From NCBI GenBank assembly GCA_963795175.1, contig CAWCGR010000003.1, forward strand, positions 491,282-555,281: a stretch of DNA of 64,000 bases, given 5' to 3'. The DNA is from an uncultured Thermoleophilia bacterium. Lineage in GTDB: Bacteria > Actinomycetota > Thermoleophilia > Gaiellales > Gaiellaceae. A program made the translations under genes and the position numbers. Below the pieces are notes generated by a model. It had not been told where the DNA came from, searched no databases, and saw only the letters and a program-made list of their open reading frames with translations. Positions 10,246 to 19,317 of this stretch are shown in pieces. Position 1 is the first letter of the stretch. Each line of letters opens with the position of its first letter.

Positions 10246-12104
10246 GAGGGCGCCGCCCGGCCGGTGCGGTGGAGCTGACCGAACACCGCCCGCGCCGTCT
10301 TCGCCGGCAAACCGGGGACAGCCTCCAGCTCCTCCTGCGACGCCGCCACGAACCGCTCGGCGGAGCCGAAGTGGCGCAGGATCGCTCGTCGCCGCGACGG
10401 GCCGATTCCGTCCAGCGTGTCGAAGATCGACGAGAGCGCTCGGGTGTCCCGCTTCTGACGATGGAATGTGATCGCGAAGCGATGGGCCTCGTCACGGATG
10501 CGCTGCAACAGCTGCAGGCCCGGATCGTGGCGGTCGAGCAAGATCGGCTGTGGCCGGTCTGGCACGAACACCTCCTCTGCTCGCTTCGCGAGCGCGATCA
10601 CGGCCACGCGCGGCAGCCCGGCTGTGGCCTGCATCGCCTCGAGCGCCGCCGCCAGCTGCCCCTTGCCGCCGTCGATCACGACGAGGTTCGGCACGGCAGC
10701 GAAGCTCTCGTCGTAACGACCGACGTCGCCTGCGTCGCGCAGGCGGGCGAACCGGCGGGAGATCACCTGCGCCATCGAGGCGAAGTCGTCCTGACCGTCC
10801 AGGCCGCGCATCGCGAACGAGCGATAGTGCGCCTTCCTCGGCTGCCCGTCCACGAAGACCGTCATCGCGGCGACGATGTCCCGCCCCTGAAGGTTCGAGA
10901 TGTCGAAGCACTCGATCCGCAAGGGCAAGCTCTCGAGATTGAGTTGCTCGCGCAGGCTCTCGAGCGCCGCGATCCGGCGCAGACGCTTCTGCTCCGACGC
11001 GGTCGCCTCGTGAGCGAGTGCGAGCTGGGCATTCTCGGACGCGAGTTCGGCGAGCCGCTTCTTCTCGCCACGGGCGGGGGCTCGCACCTCGACGTTCGAT
11101 CCTCGCAGCTCCGACAGGAACTCCGCCAGCGCCTTCGTATCGGTCAGGTCGGTCGGGACGATCAGCTGGGGCGGCACGCTCGGGGCTGCGGTGTAGTACT
11201 CGAGGCAGAACCCCTCCAAAATGGTGGCTCTGTCCTGGCCCTCGACGTTGTCGAGGTGGAACGCGTAGCGGTCGATCAACCTGCCGTCTCGGAGCGGGAA
11301 GAGCTGGACGGCGGCTCGATCGCCTTCGACCGCAAGCCCGATCACATCCACCGTGCCGACATCACGCCGATCGGCGCCCTGGCGCTCGGCCAGGCTCTGG
11401 ATCGCAAACAGGCGGTTCCGGTAGCGCGTCGCGTCCTCGTATCGCTCTTCCGTCGCCGCCGCACGCATCCGCTGCTCGAGAGAGCGGACGATCGACCGTG
11501 TGTCGCCGGAGAGGAAGTCGATCACCCCCTCGATCTGCTCGCGGTACTCCTCCTTGGAGATCGCTCCGATACAGGGCGCGGTGCAGCGCTCGATGTGGAA
11601 GTCCAGACACGGAATCCCGGAGTGACGGCCCGGTCTCGGCCCCTCGCACGGCCGGAACTGGAACACGCGGTTAAGCACGTCGAGCGTTTCGCGCACCTTC
11701 TTGGCGTTCGCGTAGGGGCCGAAATAGACGGTTCCACGACGGTGTCTCTCGCGCGTGAACATGACGCGGGGATAGTCGTCGGCGACCGTGACCGCGATGT
11801 ACGGGAACGACTTGTCGTCGCGCAGGCGCACGTTGAACGGCGGACGGTGGCGCTTGACCAGGTTCTGCTCGAGATGGAGTGCCTCGGCCTCCGAGGACGT
11901 GACGATGACCTCGAGCCGGGCGATCCGGCGCACCATCCGCTCGATCCCGAGCCGGCCGTCGCCCTTGTTGAAGTAGCTCCTCACCCGAGGCCGGAGGGAC
12001 TTGGCCTTGCCGACATAGAGAACCTCGTCGGTCGCGTCGCGAAACAGGTAGACACCTGGATTCCGCGGGACCTCCGCCAACTGCTCGCGTAAGGACTCGA
12101 CCAC
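10242..12104 (-). CDS. uvrC: Excinuclease ABC subunit C
   Basis: GIY-YIG (PGVYLF..LYVGKAKSLR), RIECFDIS, IDGGKGQL, RDEAHRFA, HhH. GTG start at 12104. Confidence 0.97.
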   Translation of the reverse strand: MVESLREQLAEVPRNPGVYLFRDATDEVLYVGKAKSLRPRVRSYFNKGDGRLGIERMVRRIARLEVIVTSSEAEALHLEQNLVKRHRPPFNVRLRDDKSFPYIAVTVADDYPRVMFTRERHRRGTVYFGPYANAKKVRETLDVLNRVFQFRPCEGPRPGRHSGIPCLDFHIERCTAPCIGAISKEEYREQIEGVIDFLSGDTRSIVRSLEQRMRAAATEERYEDATRYRNRLFAIQSLAERQGADRRDVGTVDVIGLAVEGDRAAVQLFPLRDGRLIDRYAFHLDNVEGQDRATILEGFCLEYYTAAPSVPPQLIVPTDLTDTKALAEFLSELRGSNVEVRAPARGEKKRLAELASENAQLALAHEATASEQKRLRRIAALESLREQLNLESLPLRIECFDISNLQGRDIVAAMTVFVDGQPRKAHYRSFAMRGLDGQDDFASMAQVISRRFARLRDAGDVGRYDESFAAVPNLVVIDGGKGQLAAALEAMQATAGLPRVAVIALAKRAEEVFVPDRPQPILLDRHDPGLQLLQRIRDEAHRFAITFHRQKRDTRALSSIFDTLDGIGPSRRRAILRHFGSAERFVAASQEELEAVPGLPAKTARAVFGQLHRTGRAAPS

Positions 12105-12125
12105 GTCGACTAGCGTATCCGTCGC
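12105..12125. promoter_or_regulatory. Overlapping divergent -10 boxes (TAGCGT on +, TACGCT on -)
   Basis: A single TAGCGTA core at 12111-12117: 7 nt to the uvrC GTG, 9 nt to the ATG of the GH gene. Confidence 0.55.
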
Positions 12126-13571
12126 ATGTTCCGTCGCCTCCTCCCCCTCGCCGCCGCGCTTCTGCTCGCCCCGGCCGCCTCTGCGGGCGGTCCGGCGATG
12201 TCCTTCGGGGCCGCCGAGGACGTCGTCCGCGCTCCGGACCTCGCCACCGCCAAGGCGAAGATGACGCTCTTCCGGCTCGCGGGGTTCACGTCGATCCGCG
12301 TCACTTCCCAGTGGCAGGTCGGCCAGGTCGCACCACCGGAGCTCGAGCTCTCGATCCTGCGGAACGTCGCCGGCGCGGCCCAACTCTCGGGCGTCAAGGT
12401 GTACCTGTCGGTCTACCCGCCGGGCTCGCGATCGACGCCTCTCACACCCGAGGCCCGCGAGCAATTCGCCGGCTACCTGACCGTGCTCAAGCAGCAGCTG
12501 CCGACCGTGCGCGACGTGATCGTCGGCAACGAGCCGAACCTGAACCGGTTCTGGCTGCCGCAGTTCAACCCCGACGGGACGAATGCGGCCGCACCGGCCT
12601 ATCTGGCGCTGCTTGCCCGATCCTACGACGCGATCAAGGCGATCGACGCCAAGACACGCGTCTGGGGCGGCGCGCTCGCCCCCCGCGGCGTCGACCGACC
12701 CGGCACGGGCCGAGACACCCACTCGCCCGTCAAGTTCCTGCGAGACCTCGGCAGCGCGTACCGCTCGAGCGGCCGGACGCTGCCGGTGATGGACGGCCTC
12801 GCCTTTCATCCGTACGCGGATTCGTCGGGCCAGTCTCCCGACACGCCGCATCCGAACTCGACCACGATCGGGCTCGGCGACTACGACCGGCTGATCCGGA
12901 ACCTCGGGATCGCGTTCGACGGGACGGCGCAGGCCGGCTCGGCGCTCCCGATCCTCTACGACGAGTTCGGCGTCGAGTCACGCGTGCCGCCGGGCAAGGC
13001 CGCCCTCTATACGGGCGCGGAGCCTGCGACGACGAAACCGGTCGACGAGATCACCCAGGGCGCGTACTACGAACGGGCGCTGCAGCTCGCGTTCTGTCAG
13101 CCGAACGTGACTGGAATCCTCTTCTTCCACTCCCACGACGAGCCCGCGCTGGCCGCCTGGCAGTCGGGTGTCTACTACGTCGACGGCGCGCCGAAGTCGA
13201 GCCTGTACGCCGTGCGTGACGCGATTCGGCGCTCACGGGGCGGCTCGGTCGCCCGTTGCCCCGCGCTCGCGCTCGAGGTCGGCTTGACCCGGGTGCGCTT
13301 CCCGACCCAGTCCGAGTTGGGGCGCGGCGGCGGTGAGCTCAGGTTCACCTGCACGCTCGATTGCGCCTGGGACGTGCGGGCTGTCGGCGGCACCTCCGGC
13401 GCGACCCGAGCGCGGCTGACGGGATACGCGCGTGCCGGAGAGGCCGTGACCGCCTCGTTCAAGGGCCGGAAGCTCGGCAAGGGGCCGATCCGGTTCACGA
13501 TCACGGCCGTTCAGCCCGTGAATCCCGGCGAGCCCCGGACGCGGGAGAGCGCGATCCTCACCCTCCGTTGA
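12126..13571 (+). CDS. Secreted clan GH-A glycoside hydrolase-like protein
   Basis: Signal peptide, GNEPN acid/base motif, AFHPY, YDEFG nucleophile motif, beta-rich C-terminus. Confidence 0.7.
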   Translation: MFRRLLPLAAALLLAPAASAGGPAMSFGAAEDVVRAPDLATAKAKMTLFRLAGFTSIRVTSQWQVGQVAPPELELSILRNVAGAAQLSGVKVYLSVYPPGSRSTPLTPEAREQFAGYLTVLKQQLPTVRDVIVGNEPNLNRFWLPQFNPDGTNAAAPAYLALLARSYDAIKAIDAKTRVWGGALAPRGVDRPGTGRDTHSPVKFLRDLGSAYRSSGRTLPVMDGLAFHPYADSSGQSPDTPHPNSTTIGLGDYDRLIRNLGIAFDGTAQAGSALPILYDEFGVESRVPPGKAALYTGAEPATTKPVDEITQGAYYERALQLAFCQPNVTGILFFHSHDEPALAAWQSGVYYVDGAPKSSLYAVRDAIRRSRGGSVARCPALALEVGLTRVRFPTQSELGRGGGELRFTCTLDCAWDVRAVGGTSGATRARLTGYARAGEAVTASFKGRKLGKGPIRFTITAVQPVNPGEPRTRESAILTLR

Positions 13572-13596
13572 GCGGGCGCCGCGTACCATGACCGGG

Positions 13597-14337
13597 ATGA
13601 GCGAGGCCAAGCCAGCGTACGAGCGGATCGAAAGCGTCCAGGTGGGCCAGTACGTCTCCTACCGGTTCTTCAAGGTCGATCCCGCCTGGCGCCGGCTCCC
13701 CGCGGAGGAGAGGGAGGCAGGCAAGGACGCCTTCGCCGAGGTCGTCGAGGAATGGGCCGGTCGGATGGAAGGACTGCGGGCGTACAACGTCTCGGGAATC
13801 CGACCGGAGGCCGATTTCTTTCTCTGGCAGATCACCGAGCGGTATGACGACCTGCTCGAGCTCGGCGCCGCGCTGAACGGCACGCCGCTGGCCGGCTGGC
13901 TGACGACGCCGTACTCGTATCTCGCGACGACGAAGCCCTCCGTGTACACGGACAAGAAGCGCGTCCGGCAGGGCAAGGTGATTCCCCGCGATGCGCCGTA
14001 CCTCGTCGTCTATCCGTTCGTCAAGAAGCGGCCCTGGTACTTCCTCACCTTCGAGGAGCGCGCGGACGCTATGAGACAGCACGCGGAGGTCGGTGGCAAG
14101 TTCGTCACCGTCACGAACCACACGACCTACTCCTTCGGGATCGACGACCAGGAGTTCATGCCGGCGTTCGAGTGCGAGGAGCCCGCCGATTTCATGCACC
14201 TGATGATGACCCTGCGCGAGACCGAGGCCTCACGCTGGACGGAGCGCGACACACCGATCTTCGTCGGGGCGCTCGGGCCCGTTCGCGCGGTGCTCGCCGC
14301 GCTGGACGGCGCCGCGGTGCACGCTCCGGCTGGCTGA
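13597..14337 (+). CDS. Chlorite dismutase family protein, likely coproheme decarboxylase (ChdC/HemQ)
   Basis: YPFVKKRPWY, MRQH (proximal His), YSFGIDDQEF, ERDTPIFVG. TACCAT lies 7 nt before ATG 13597. Confidence 0.8.
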   Translation: MSEAKPAYERIESVQVGQYVSYRFFKVDPAWRRLPAEEREAGKDAFAEVVEEWAGRMEGLRAYNVSGIRPEADFFLWQITERYDDLLELGAALNGTPLAGWLTTPYSYLATTKPSVYTDKKRVRQGKVIPRDAPYLVVYPFVKKRPWYFLTFEERADAMRQHAEVGGKFVTVTNHTTYSFGIDDQEFMPAFECEEPADFMHLMMTLRETEASRWTERDTPIFVGALGPVRAVLAALDGAAVHAPAG

Positions 14338-14343
14338 CGCCGC

Positions 14344-14712
14344 TCAGCCGAACGTGTGCTCGGAGCGCCAGGTGCGGACGAGCGCCCACACGCAGCAGGC
14401 GAGCACGAGGAAGAACGCGATCGTGTCGGAGCCCGTTGGCCTCAGTCCGATCACAGCCCCTACATCGACGACTGCCAGGATCACAGCGGCGTAGAACACG
14501 CGCCGGGACCGCTCCGACCAGGCCTCGAGATCGCCGCGCCGCTCGCGCCAGATCAGGAACAGGAAGAACGCGATCGCGAGGAAGAATGCGATCCGGACCA
14601 GGCCACCGGTGACGGCGAGAACCGGCTCCAGCGAGAGCACGACGACGACGAGCGCGACAAGCGCCACGATCGCGAGGCCGCGCACGGTCCGGTTTTCGAG
14701 GAAGCGCTTCAC
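14344..14712 (-). CDS. Hypothetical 4-TM membrane protein
   Basis: Hydrophobic segments from MKRFLENRTVRG. GTGA overlap with the upstream gene. Confidence 0.7.
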   Translation of the reverse strand: MKRFLENRTVRGLAIVALVALVVVVLSLEPVLAVTGGLVRIAFFLAIAFFLFLIWRERRGDLEAWSERSRRVFYAAVILAVVDVGAVIGLRPTGSDTIAFFLVLACCVWALVRTWRSEHTFG

Positions 14713-15065
14713 GATCCGGTCATGGTGCCACGAACCCCGAGTGCCGCGGCCACGAGTGCGGAGACCGCAAACCAGAGCAGGCGGCGTCTCGGGTCCGCAG
14801 GCGCGTAGAACCAGGGCGAGAGGACGACGGCCAGCCCCACCCCTCCGTAGACGTAGTGCAGCTCGTCGATGGCGCGATGGCCGCCGGAGAGCAGGAGCAG
14901 GCCGAAGGCCGCCTGCGCGACGAGCAGGGTCTGTGGCAACGCCAGCAGGTGAACGGTCGCACCCGTCACGTCGAGACGGCGACGGTAGGCAAAGAGCCCG
15001 TAGGCACCTGCCACCAGGCACCCCGCGACGACGGCGTAGGCGAGGTAGCGGTGCGCGTCGACCAC
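14709..15065 (-). CDS. Hypothetical membrane protein
   Basis: Four hydrophobic helices with LHYVYG. TACGCT lies 6 nt before GTG 15065. Confidence 0.7.
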   Translation of the reverse strand: MVDAHRYLAYAVVAGCLVAGAYGLFAYRRRLDVTGATVHLLALPQTLLVAQAAFGLLLLSGGHRAIDELHYVYGGVGLAVVLSPWFYAPADPRRRLLWFAVSALVAAALGVRGTMTGS

Positions 15066-15157
15066 GGCACGAGCGTAGCGAGTGCGTCCGCGGCGTGGAT
15101 CGGCTGGCGGTCCGACCGGAGCGACCGGTCTGCGTCGCCGGGGCGTCCCGAGAGACG

Positions 15158-15183
15158 CGACGGGGCCTCTCTGGGCCCCGTCG
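15158..15183 (-). terminator. Hairpin downstream of tRNA-Leu
   Basis: 10-bp stem CGACGGGGCC/GGCCCCGTCG, no strong U tail. Confidence 0.55.
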
Positions 15184-15188
15184 TCACA

Positions 15189-15272
15189 TGCGGATGAGAG
15201 GACTTGAACCTCCACGCCCCGAAAGGCACACGGACCTGAACCGTGCGCGTCTACCAATTCCGCCACATCCGC
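15189..15272 (-). tRNA. tRNA-Leu(CAG), CCA not encoded
   Basis: GCGGATGTGGCGGAATTGGTAGACGC..CACGG-TTCAGGT-CCGTG..long variable arm..GGTTCAAGTCC..CATCCGCA. TAGAAT -10 upstream. Confidence 0.96.
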
Positions 15273-15351
15273 GCGCCGGGCATTCTAGCCGCCGTCGCCG
15301 GTGCAGGCATGCTGCATGAAACCACCGCGTCAGTTCACCGTCTCAATCACC

Positions 15352-17757
15352 ATGATCCGCTTTTCCGGCCTTCTCTGCACCATCGTCGTCTGCCTCCTCT
15401 CCGCCGCCGGCGGGGCGACCGACGCCGTGCTCGCAGGAGGACCGCGGACCGAGGTGATCGTGACGCTTGCCTCTGCACCGTCGGCAGGCCTCGCGGGTGC
15501 CCGCCTCGAAGCGAGGCGCGCCGCGATCGACCGCGAGCAGGCCCAGTTCGCCAGGAGCCTGCACCTCGCAGTCCCCGAGGCGACGATTCGGTGGCGCTAC
15601 CGCCTTGTCCTCAACGCTGCCGCAGTCATGCTCCCGCAGGGCGCGTTGCCCCGTCTGCAGGCGCTCTCGGGCGTGCGCTCCGTCGACGTGGGCGCCTCGT
15701 ATCCGGCAGCCGCTGTCTCCTCCTCCGCGGGCGCCGCGAGCTCGAGCGCCTGGCAGACCGGGCTCCCGAACCAGGGAGCAGGAATGAAAATCGGGATCAT
15801 CGACGACGGCGTCGACCAGACCCATCCGTACTTCAACCCGGCCGGGTACACGATGCCGGCGGGGTTCCCGAGGGGACAAGTCGCCTATACGACGGCGAAG
15901 GTGATCGTCGCCCGCGCGTTCGCACCGGCCAAGACCACCTGGAAGCACGCCCGGAAGCCGTTCGATCCGGAGCAGTCGGGTCATGCCACGCATGTCGCCG
16001 GGATCGCGGCCGGCAACGCAGCCACGCCGAGCAGCAGCGGCTTCCGCTCCGGGGTCGCGCCGCGCGCCTACATCGGGAACTACAAGGCCCTGAGCGTGCC
16101 CACGGACGCCAACGTCGGCCTCGACGGCAACGCGGCCGAGCTCGTGGCCGCGATCGAAGCAGCGGTCGCGGACGGGATGGACGTGATCAACCTCTCGATC
16201 GGCGAGCCCGAGGTCGCCCCGTCGAGGGACCTCGTCGCACTCGCCCTCGACGGGGCCGCCGCAGCGGGCGTCGTGCCCGTGGTCGCGGCCGGAAATGACT
16301 TCGACGACTTCGGGCCCGGATCGCTGTCGTCGCCGGGCACCGCGAAGGACGCCATCACGGTCGCCGCCGTGACGATCCCGACCGCCTCCGGCTCGAGCCT
16401 CGCGAGCTTCAGCGCGGCCGGTCCCACGGCCCTCTCGCTGCGCCTGAAGCCCGACATCAGCGCCCCCGGAGTCGCGATCGTCTCCTCCGTCCCGCGGGGA
16501 CGCTGGGAAGCTCTCTCCGGCACGTCCATGGCCAGTCCTCAGATCGCAGGTGTGTCCGCGCTGCTGAAGGAGCGGCATCCGACCTGGTCGGTGGCGACGT
16601 TGAAGGCGGCGCTGATCGGCTCGGGCAGTCCCGTCCAGGTCGACGGCACGCCCGCGCCGCCGACCCGCGGTGGCGGCGGACTCGCGGTGCCCGTGCGGGC
16701 CGACGTGCCCCTGATCCTTGCGAGCCCCGCGTCCGTCTCGCTCGGCCTCGTCAGGCCGGGCAGCTCGGTTCCGGCTACCGTCACGCTCGCCGATGCCGGC
16801 GGTGGCGCGGGCGCGTGGAACGTCTCGGTCGAAGCGATCTCGGCAGTTGTCGGAGCCCAGCTGAGCATCGCGCCGACCGTCACGATCCCCGGCAATCTCG
16901 ATTTCGCCGCCGTCATCGATGCCACCGCCGCCGAAGGCGAATTGACCGGGTTCGTCCGGCTGACGCGGGGGACGGACATCCGCCGCGTGCCCTTCTGGCT
17001 CCGTGTGGAACGGCCCGGCCTCCTCGCGGCAACGACCTCCGCTCTCTCCGCTCCGGGTCTCTACAGCGGCGACACGCGTGGCCGACCCGCGCTCGCGTCT
17101 CGTTACCGCTACCCGGAGGTTCCGGTCGGCGGCATCGTCGCCGCCGTCCTCGATGGGCCCGAGCAACTCTTCAGGGTGACGCTGACGAAGCCGGTCGCGA
17201 ACTTCGGTGTCGTCATCGTCCGGCGTGGCCTCGGTGCACGCGTCGAGCCTCGCATCGTCATGTCCGCCGACGAGAATCGTCTCACCGGGTATCCGGCGCT
17301 CCCGGTGAACCTGAACCCGTACCTCGCCGTGTTCGGGAGCAGGGTGCTCGTCTCGGCGGCCGTGCGCCCGGTTCCCGGTATCTACGACATCGTCTTCGAC
17401 AGCCCCACGGCCGCCGGCGCCGGCAGCTTCTCGTTCCGGTACTGGGTCGACGACACGACACCGCCTTCGCTCGTGCTCCCGCAGCCCCGCGTGAAGCGCG
17501 GTACACCTGTCATCGTCAACGTCGCGGACGCGGGCGCGGGCGTCGACCCGGCGACCGTGACGGCAACGATCGACGGGGCGAAGCGTGCCGCCCCGCTCCG
17601 GGCCGGTGCGCTGCGAATCTCGACGAACGGTCTCCGGCCCGGCCGGTACGCGCTGCGCGTCCAGGTCTCCGACTACCAGGAGTCGCGAAACATGGAAAAC
17701 GTGCCGCCGATCCTCCCGAACACCCGGGTGCTGCGGAAGACGATCGTGATTCGCTGA
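15352..17757 (+). CDS. Secreted S8 (subtilisin/Vpr-like) serine peptidase
   Basis: Signal peptide, I9-like propeptide, GIIDDG (Asp), GHATHVAG (His), AAGND, SGTSMASP (Ser). Start uncertain (15316 or 15352). Confidence 0.9.
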   Translation: MIRFSGLLCTIVVCLLSAAGGATDAVLAGGPRTEVIVTLASAPSAGLAGARLEARRAAIDREQAQFARSLHLAVPEATIRWRYRLVLNAAAVMLPQGALPRLQALSGVRSVDVGASYPAAAVSSSAGAASSSAWQTGLPNQGAGMKIGIIDDGVDQTHPYFNPAGYTMPAGFPRGQVAYTTAKVIVARAFAPAKTTWKHARKPFDPEQSGHATHVAGIAAGNAATPSSSGFRSGVAPRAYIGNYKALSVPTDANVGLDGNAAELVAAIEAAVADGMDVINLSIGEPEVAPSRDLVALALDGAAAAGVVPVVAAGNDFDDFGPGSLSSPGTAKDAITVAAVTIPTASGSSLASFSAAGPTALSLRLKPDISAPGVAIVSSVPRGRWEALSGTSMASPQIAGVSALLKERHPTWSVATLKAALIGSGSPVQVDGTPAPPTRGGGGLAVPVRADVPLILASPASVSLGLVRPGSSVPATVTLADAGGGAGAWNVSVEAISAVVGAQLSIAPTVTIPGNLDFAAVIDATAAEGELTGFVRLTRGTDIRRVPFWLRVERPGLLAATTSALSAPGLYSGDTRGRPALASRYRYPEVPVGGIVAAVLDGPEQLFRVTLTKPVANFGVVIVRRGLGARVEPRIVMSADENRLTGYPALPVNLNPYLAVFGSRVLVSAAVRPVPGIYDIVFDSPTAAGAGSFSFRYWVDDTTPPSLVLPQPRVKRGTPVIVNVADAGAGVDPATVTATIDGAKRAAPLRAGALRISTNGLRPGRYALRVQVSDYQESRNMENVPPILPNTRVLRKTIVIR

Positions 17758-17786
17758 CGCTGCCACGGGCGGCCGCTCTGTTCCAC

Positions 17787-17839
17787 TCCGGCACGCAGTA
17801 GCCGGCTCCGTCCTGATCCGGCACGCAGTAGCCGGCTCC
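17787..17839. repeat. Two direct 23-bp repeats TCCGGCACGCAGTAGCCGGCTCC
   Basis: Identical copies at 17787-17809 and 17817-17839, each containing a CCGGC/GCCGG hairpin. Confidence 0.85.
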
Positions 17840-17897
17840 AGGGTCTTGCGTTGCGATCGGAGATCCCCACTCGGGGTCTCAGATCTGCAGAAAACAT

Positions 17898-18131
17898 TCA
17901 ATGCGGCGGCGTCTCGCGCTCCTCGATCGTCGGCAGGGACTCGAGGTCCGCCTGAACGCTGCGCACGAACTCGTCGTCGTCGGTCGAGACGACCTGGAGC
18001 TTCGACTTGCGCTTCTGGCGGTCGCGCAGGCGTCGTGCGTCCGCTCCGGCGAGACGCTCGAACCTCGGCCACTCGGCGGCAATCACAACACCTACGCCGA
18101 TCGCGAGCAGCACGATCCACGGCCAAGTCAC
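17898..18131 (-). CDS. Small single-TM hypothetical protein
   Basis: N-terminal TM helix then a charged tail. TAGACT lies 6 nt before the GTG. Confidence 0.7.
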   Translation of the reverse strand: MTWPWIVLLAIGVGVVIAAEWPRFERLAGADARRLRDRQKRKSKLQVVSTDDDEFVRSVQADLESLPTIEERETPPH

Positions 18132-18180
18132 GGATTCAGTCTAGCCGGAGCTTCCCCGCACGACGCCTCTCGGCGCCGAC

Positions 18181-19317
18181 TCAGCCCGACGGGCGCTCAC
18201 CTGCGACCCAGATGTCCATCGCCAGATCGGCCAAAGCGACGCCGCCGTCTGCGGTGACCAACCATGTGTCCTGCATGTAGAGACAGCCCTCGCCGTCGGC
18301 CGCAATCGCGTGAGGGTGCATCGACAACACCATGTTCTCTGCGAGCTCGACATCGGAGCCCTCCCCCACCTTCGGGAACTCGATCATCGTCATCCCGATC
18401 GAATGACCGGTGACGTGCCCGAGGTGGTAACCGCGGTCGGAGAACCCCTTGGAGACGGCCACATGGACGTCGTGGCACGTCGCACCGGCGTGCATCGCCG
18501 TCTTGGCCGCCTCGTAGTACTCGGTGTAGGCCTCCATCATCCGCTTGGTCTCGTCCGACGGGTCGACGTCGGCGCCGCGGATTGCGCGCGAGACCTCGAC
18601 CCAGTGCATCCCGGGGCCCGCGACCTCGAGCGACGGCAGGACGAAGCCTCCGAGCACCTCCTCGGAGCGGGCGATCTTGAACTCGGGCCGCGCGTACGTG
18701 TCGGTTCCCGTCAGGACCATGTTCATCGTCAGGCGGCCGCAGCCCTCGGCGATGAACCACTCCTCCGCTGCTGCCATCACCTCGGCCGCTGTCTTGCCGG
18801 GCTCGTAGGCCTCGTGCCAGATCTCGAAGCCGCGCTGGTTGATCCGGACGGAGTCGCGGACGGACTCGAGCTCCGCCTCGCTCTTGACGGCCCGGGCGAT
18901 GTCGAACTCGACATCGAAGGGGATCAGCGAGATGCTCTCGTCAGCGGCGAGGGCCTGGTAGTCGCGCACGGCCATGATGTAGTCGAGCCCGTAGACGCCG
19001 ATGCGCTTCCAGCCGGCGCTCTTCGCGCGGGCAGCGATGTGCTCGCCCGGTCGCGCGTGAAAGGCCTGTTCGAGCGGGGTCGTACCGTGCTCGCCCACGT
19101 ATCGCGCCTCGGTCGGAAAGACGATGGATGCCTCACCGTCGGCGGGCAGGACGACGTACGCGTACCGGTGAACGATCTGGAATCCGGACATGTAGGTGAC
19201 GGCACCCTCGAAACCGCTGTACTCGTTGCCGGAGACGATCAGGGCGTCCAGCCCGTTCTCTCCCATGGCGGCACGGACGTTTGCGTAGCGACGCTCGAGC
19301 TCGGCTCCTAGATCCAC
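18181..19317 (-). CDS. M24 family (creatinase/Xaa-Pro-like) hydrolase with non-canonical metal ligands
   Basis: Creatinase_N start (RYANVRAAMGENGLDALIV), RAVKSEAEL, GHVTGHSIG, SMHPH, YMQDT. Confidence 0.85.
   Translation of the reverse strand: MDLGAELERRYANVRAAMGENGLDALIVSGNEYSGFEGAVTYMSGFQIVHRYAYVVLPADGEASIVFPTEARYVGEHGTTPLEQAFHARPGEHIAARAKSAGWKRIGVYGLDYIMAVRDYQALAADESISLIPFDVEFDIARAVKSEAELESVRDSVRINQRGFEIWHEAYEPGKTAAEVMAAAEEWFIAEGCGRLTMNMVLTGTDTYARPEFKIARSEEVLGGFVLPSLEVAGPGMHWVEVSRAIRGADVDPSDETKRMMEAYTEYYEAAKTAMHAGATCHDVHVAVSKGFSDRGYHLGHVTGHSIGMTMIEFPKVGEGSDVELAENMVLSMHPHAIAADGEGCLYMQDTWLVTADGGVALADLAMDIWVAGERPSG

Noticed and set aside
15189..15272. tRNA-anchored genomic island (tRNA-Leu; likewise tRNA-Asn at 42457-42529)
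   Set aside because: No integrase, no duplicated tRNA 3' end and no evident compositional shift.
17787..17839. Possible CRISPR array
   Set aside because: Only two repeats, a 7-nt spacer and no cas genes.
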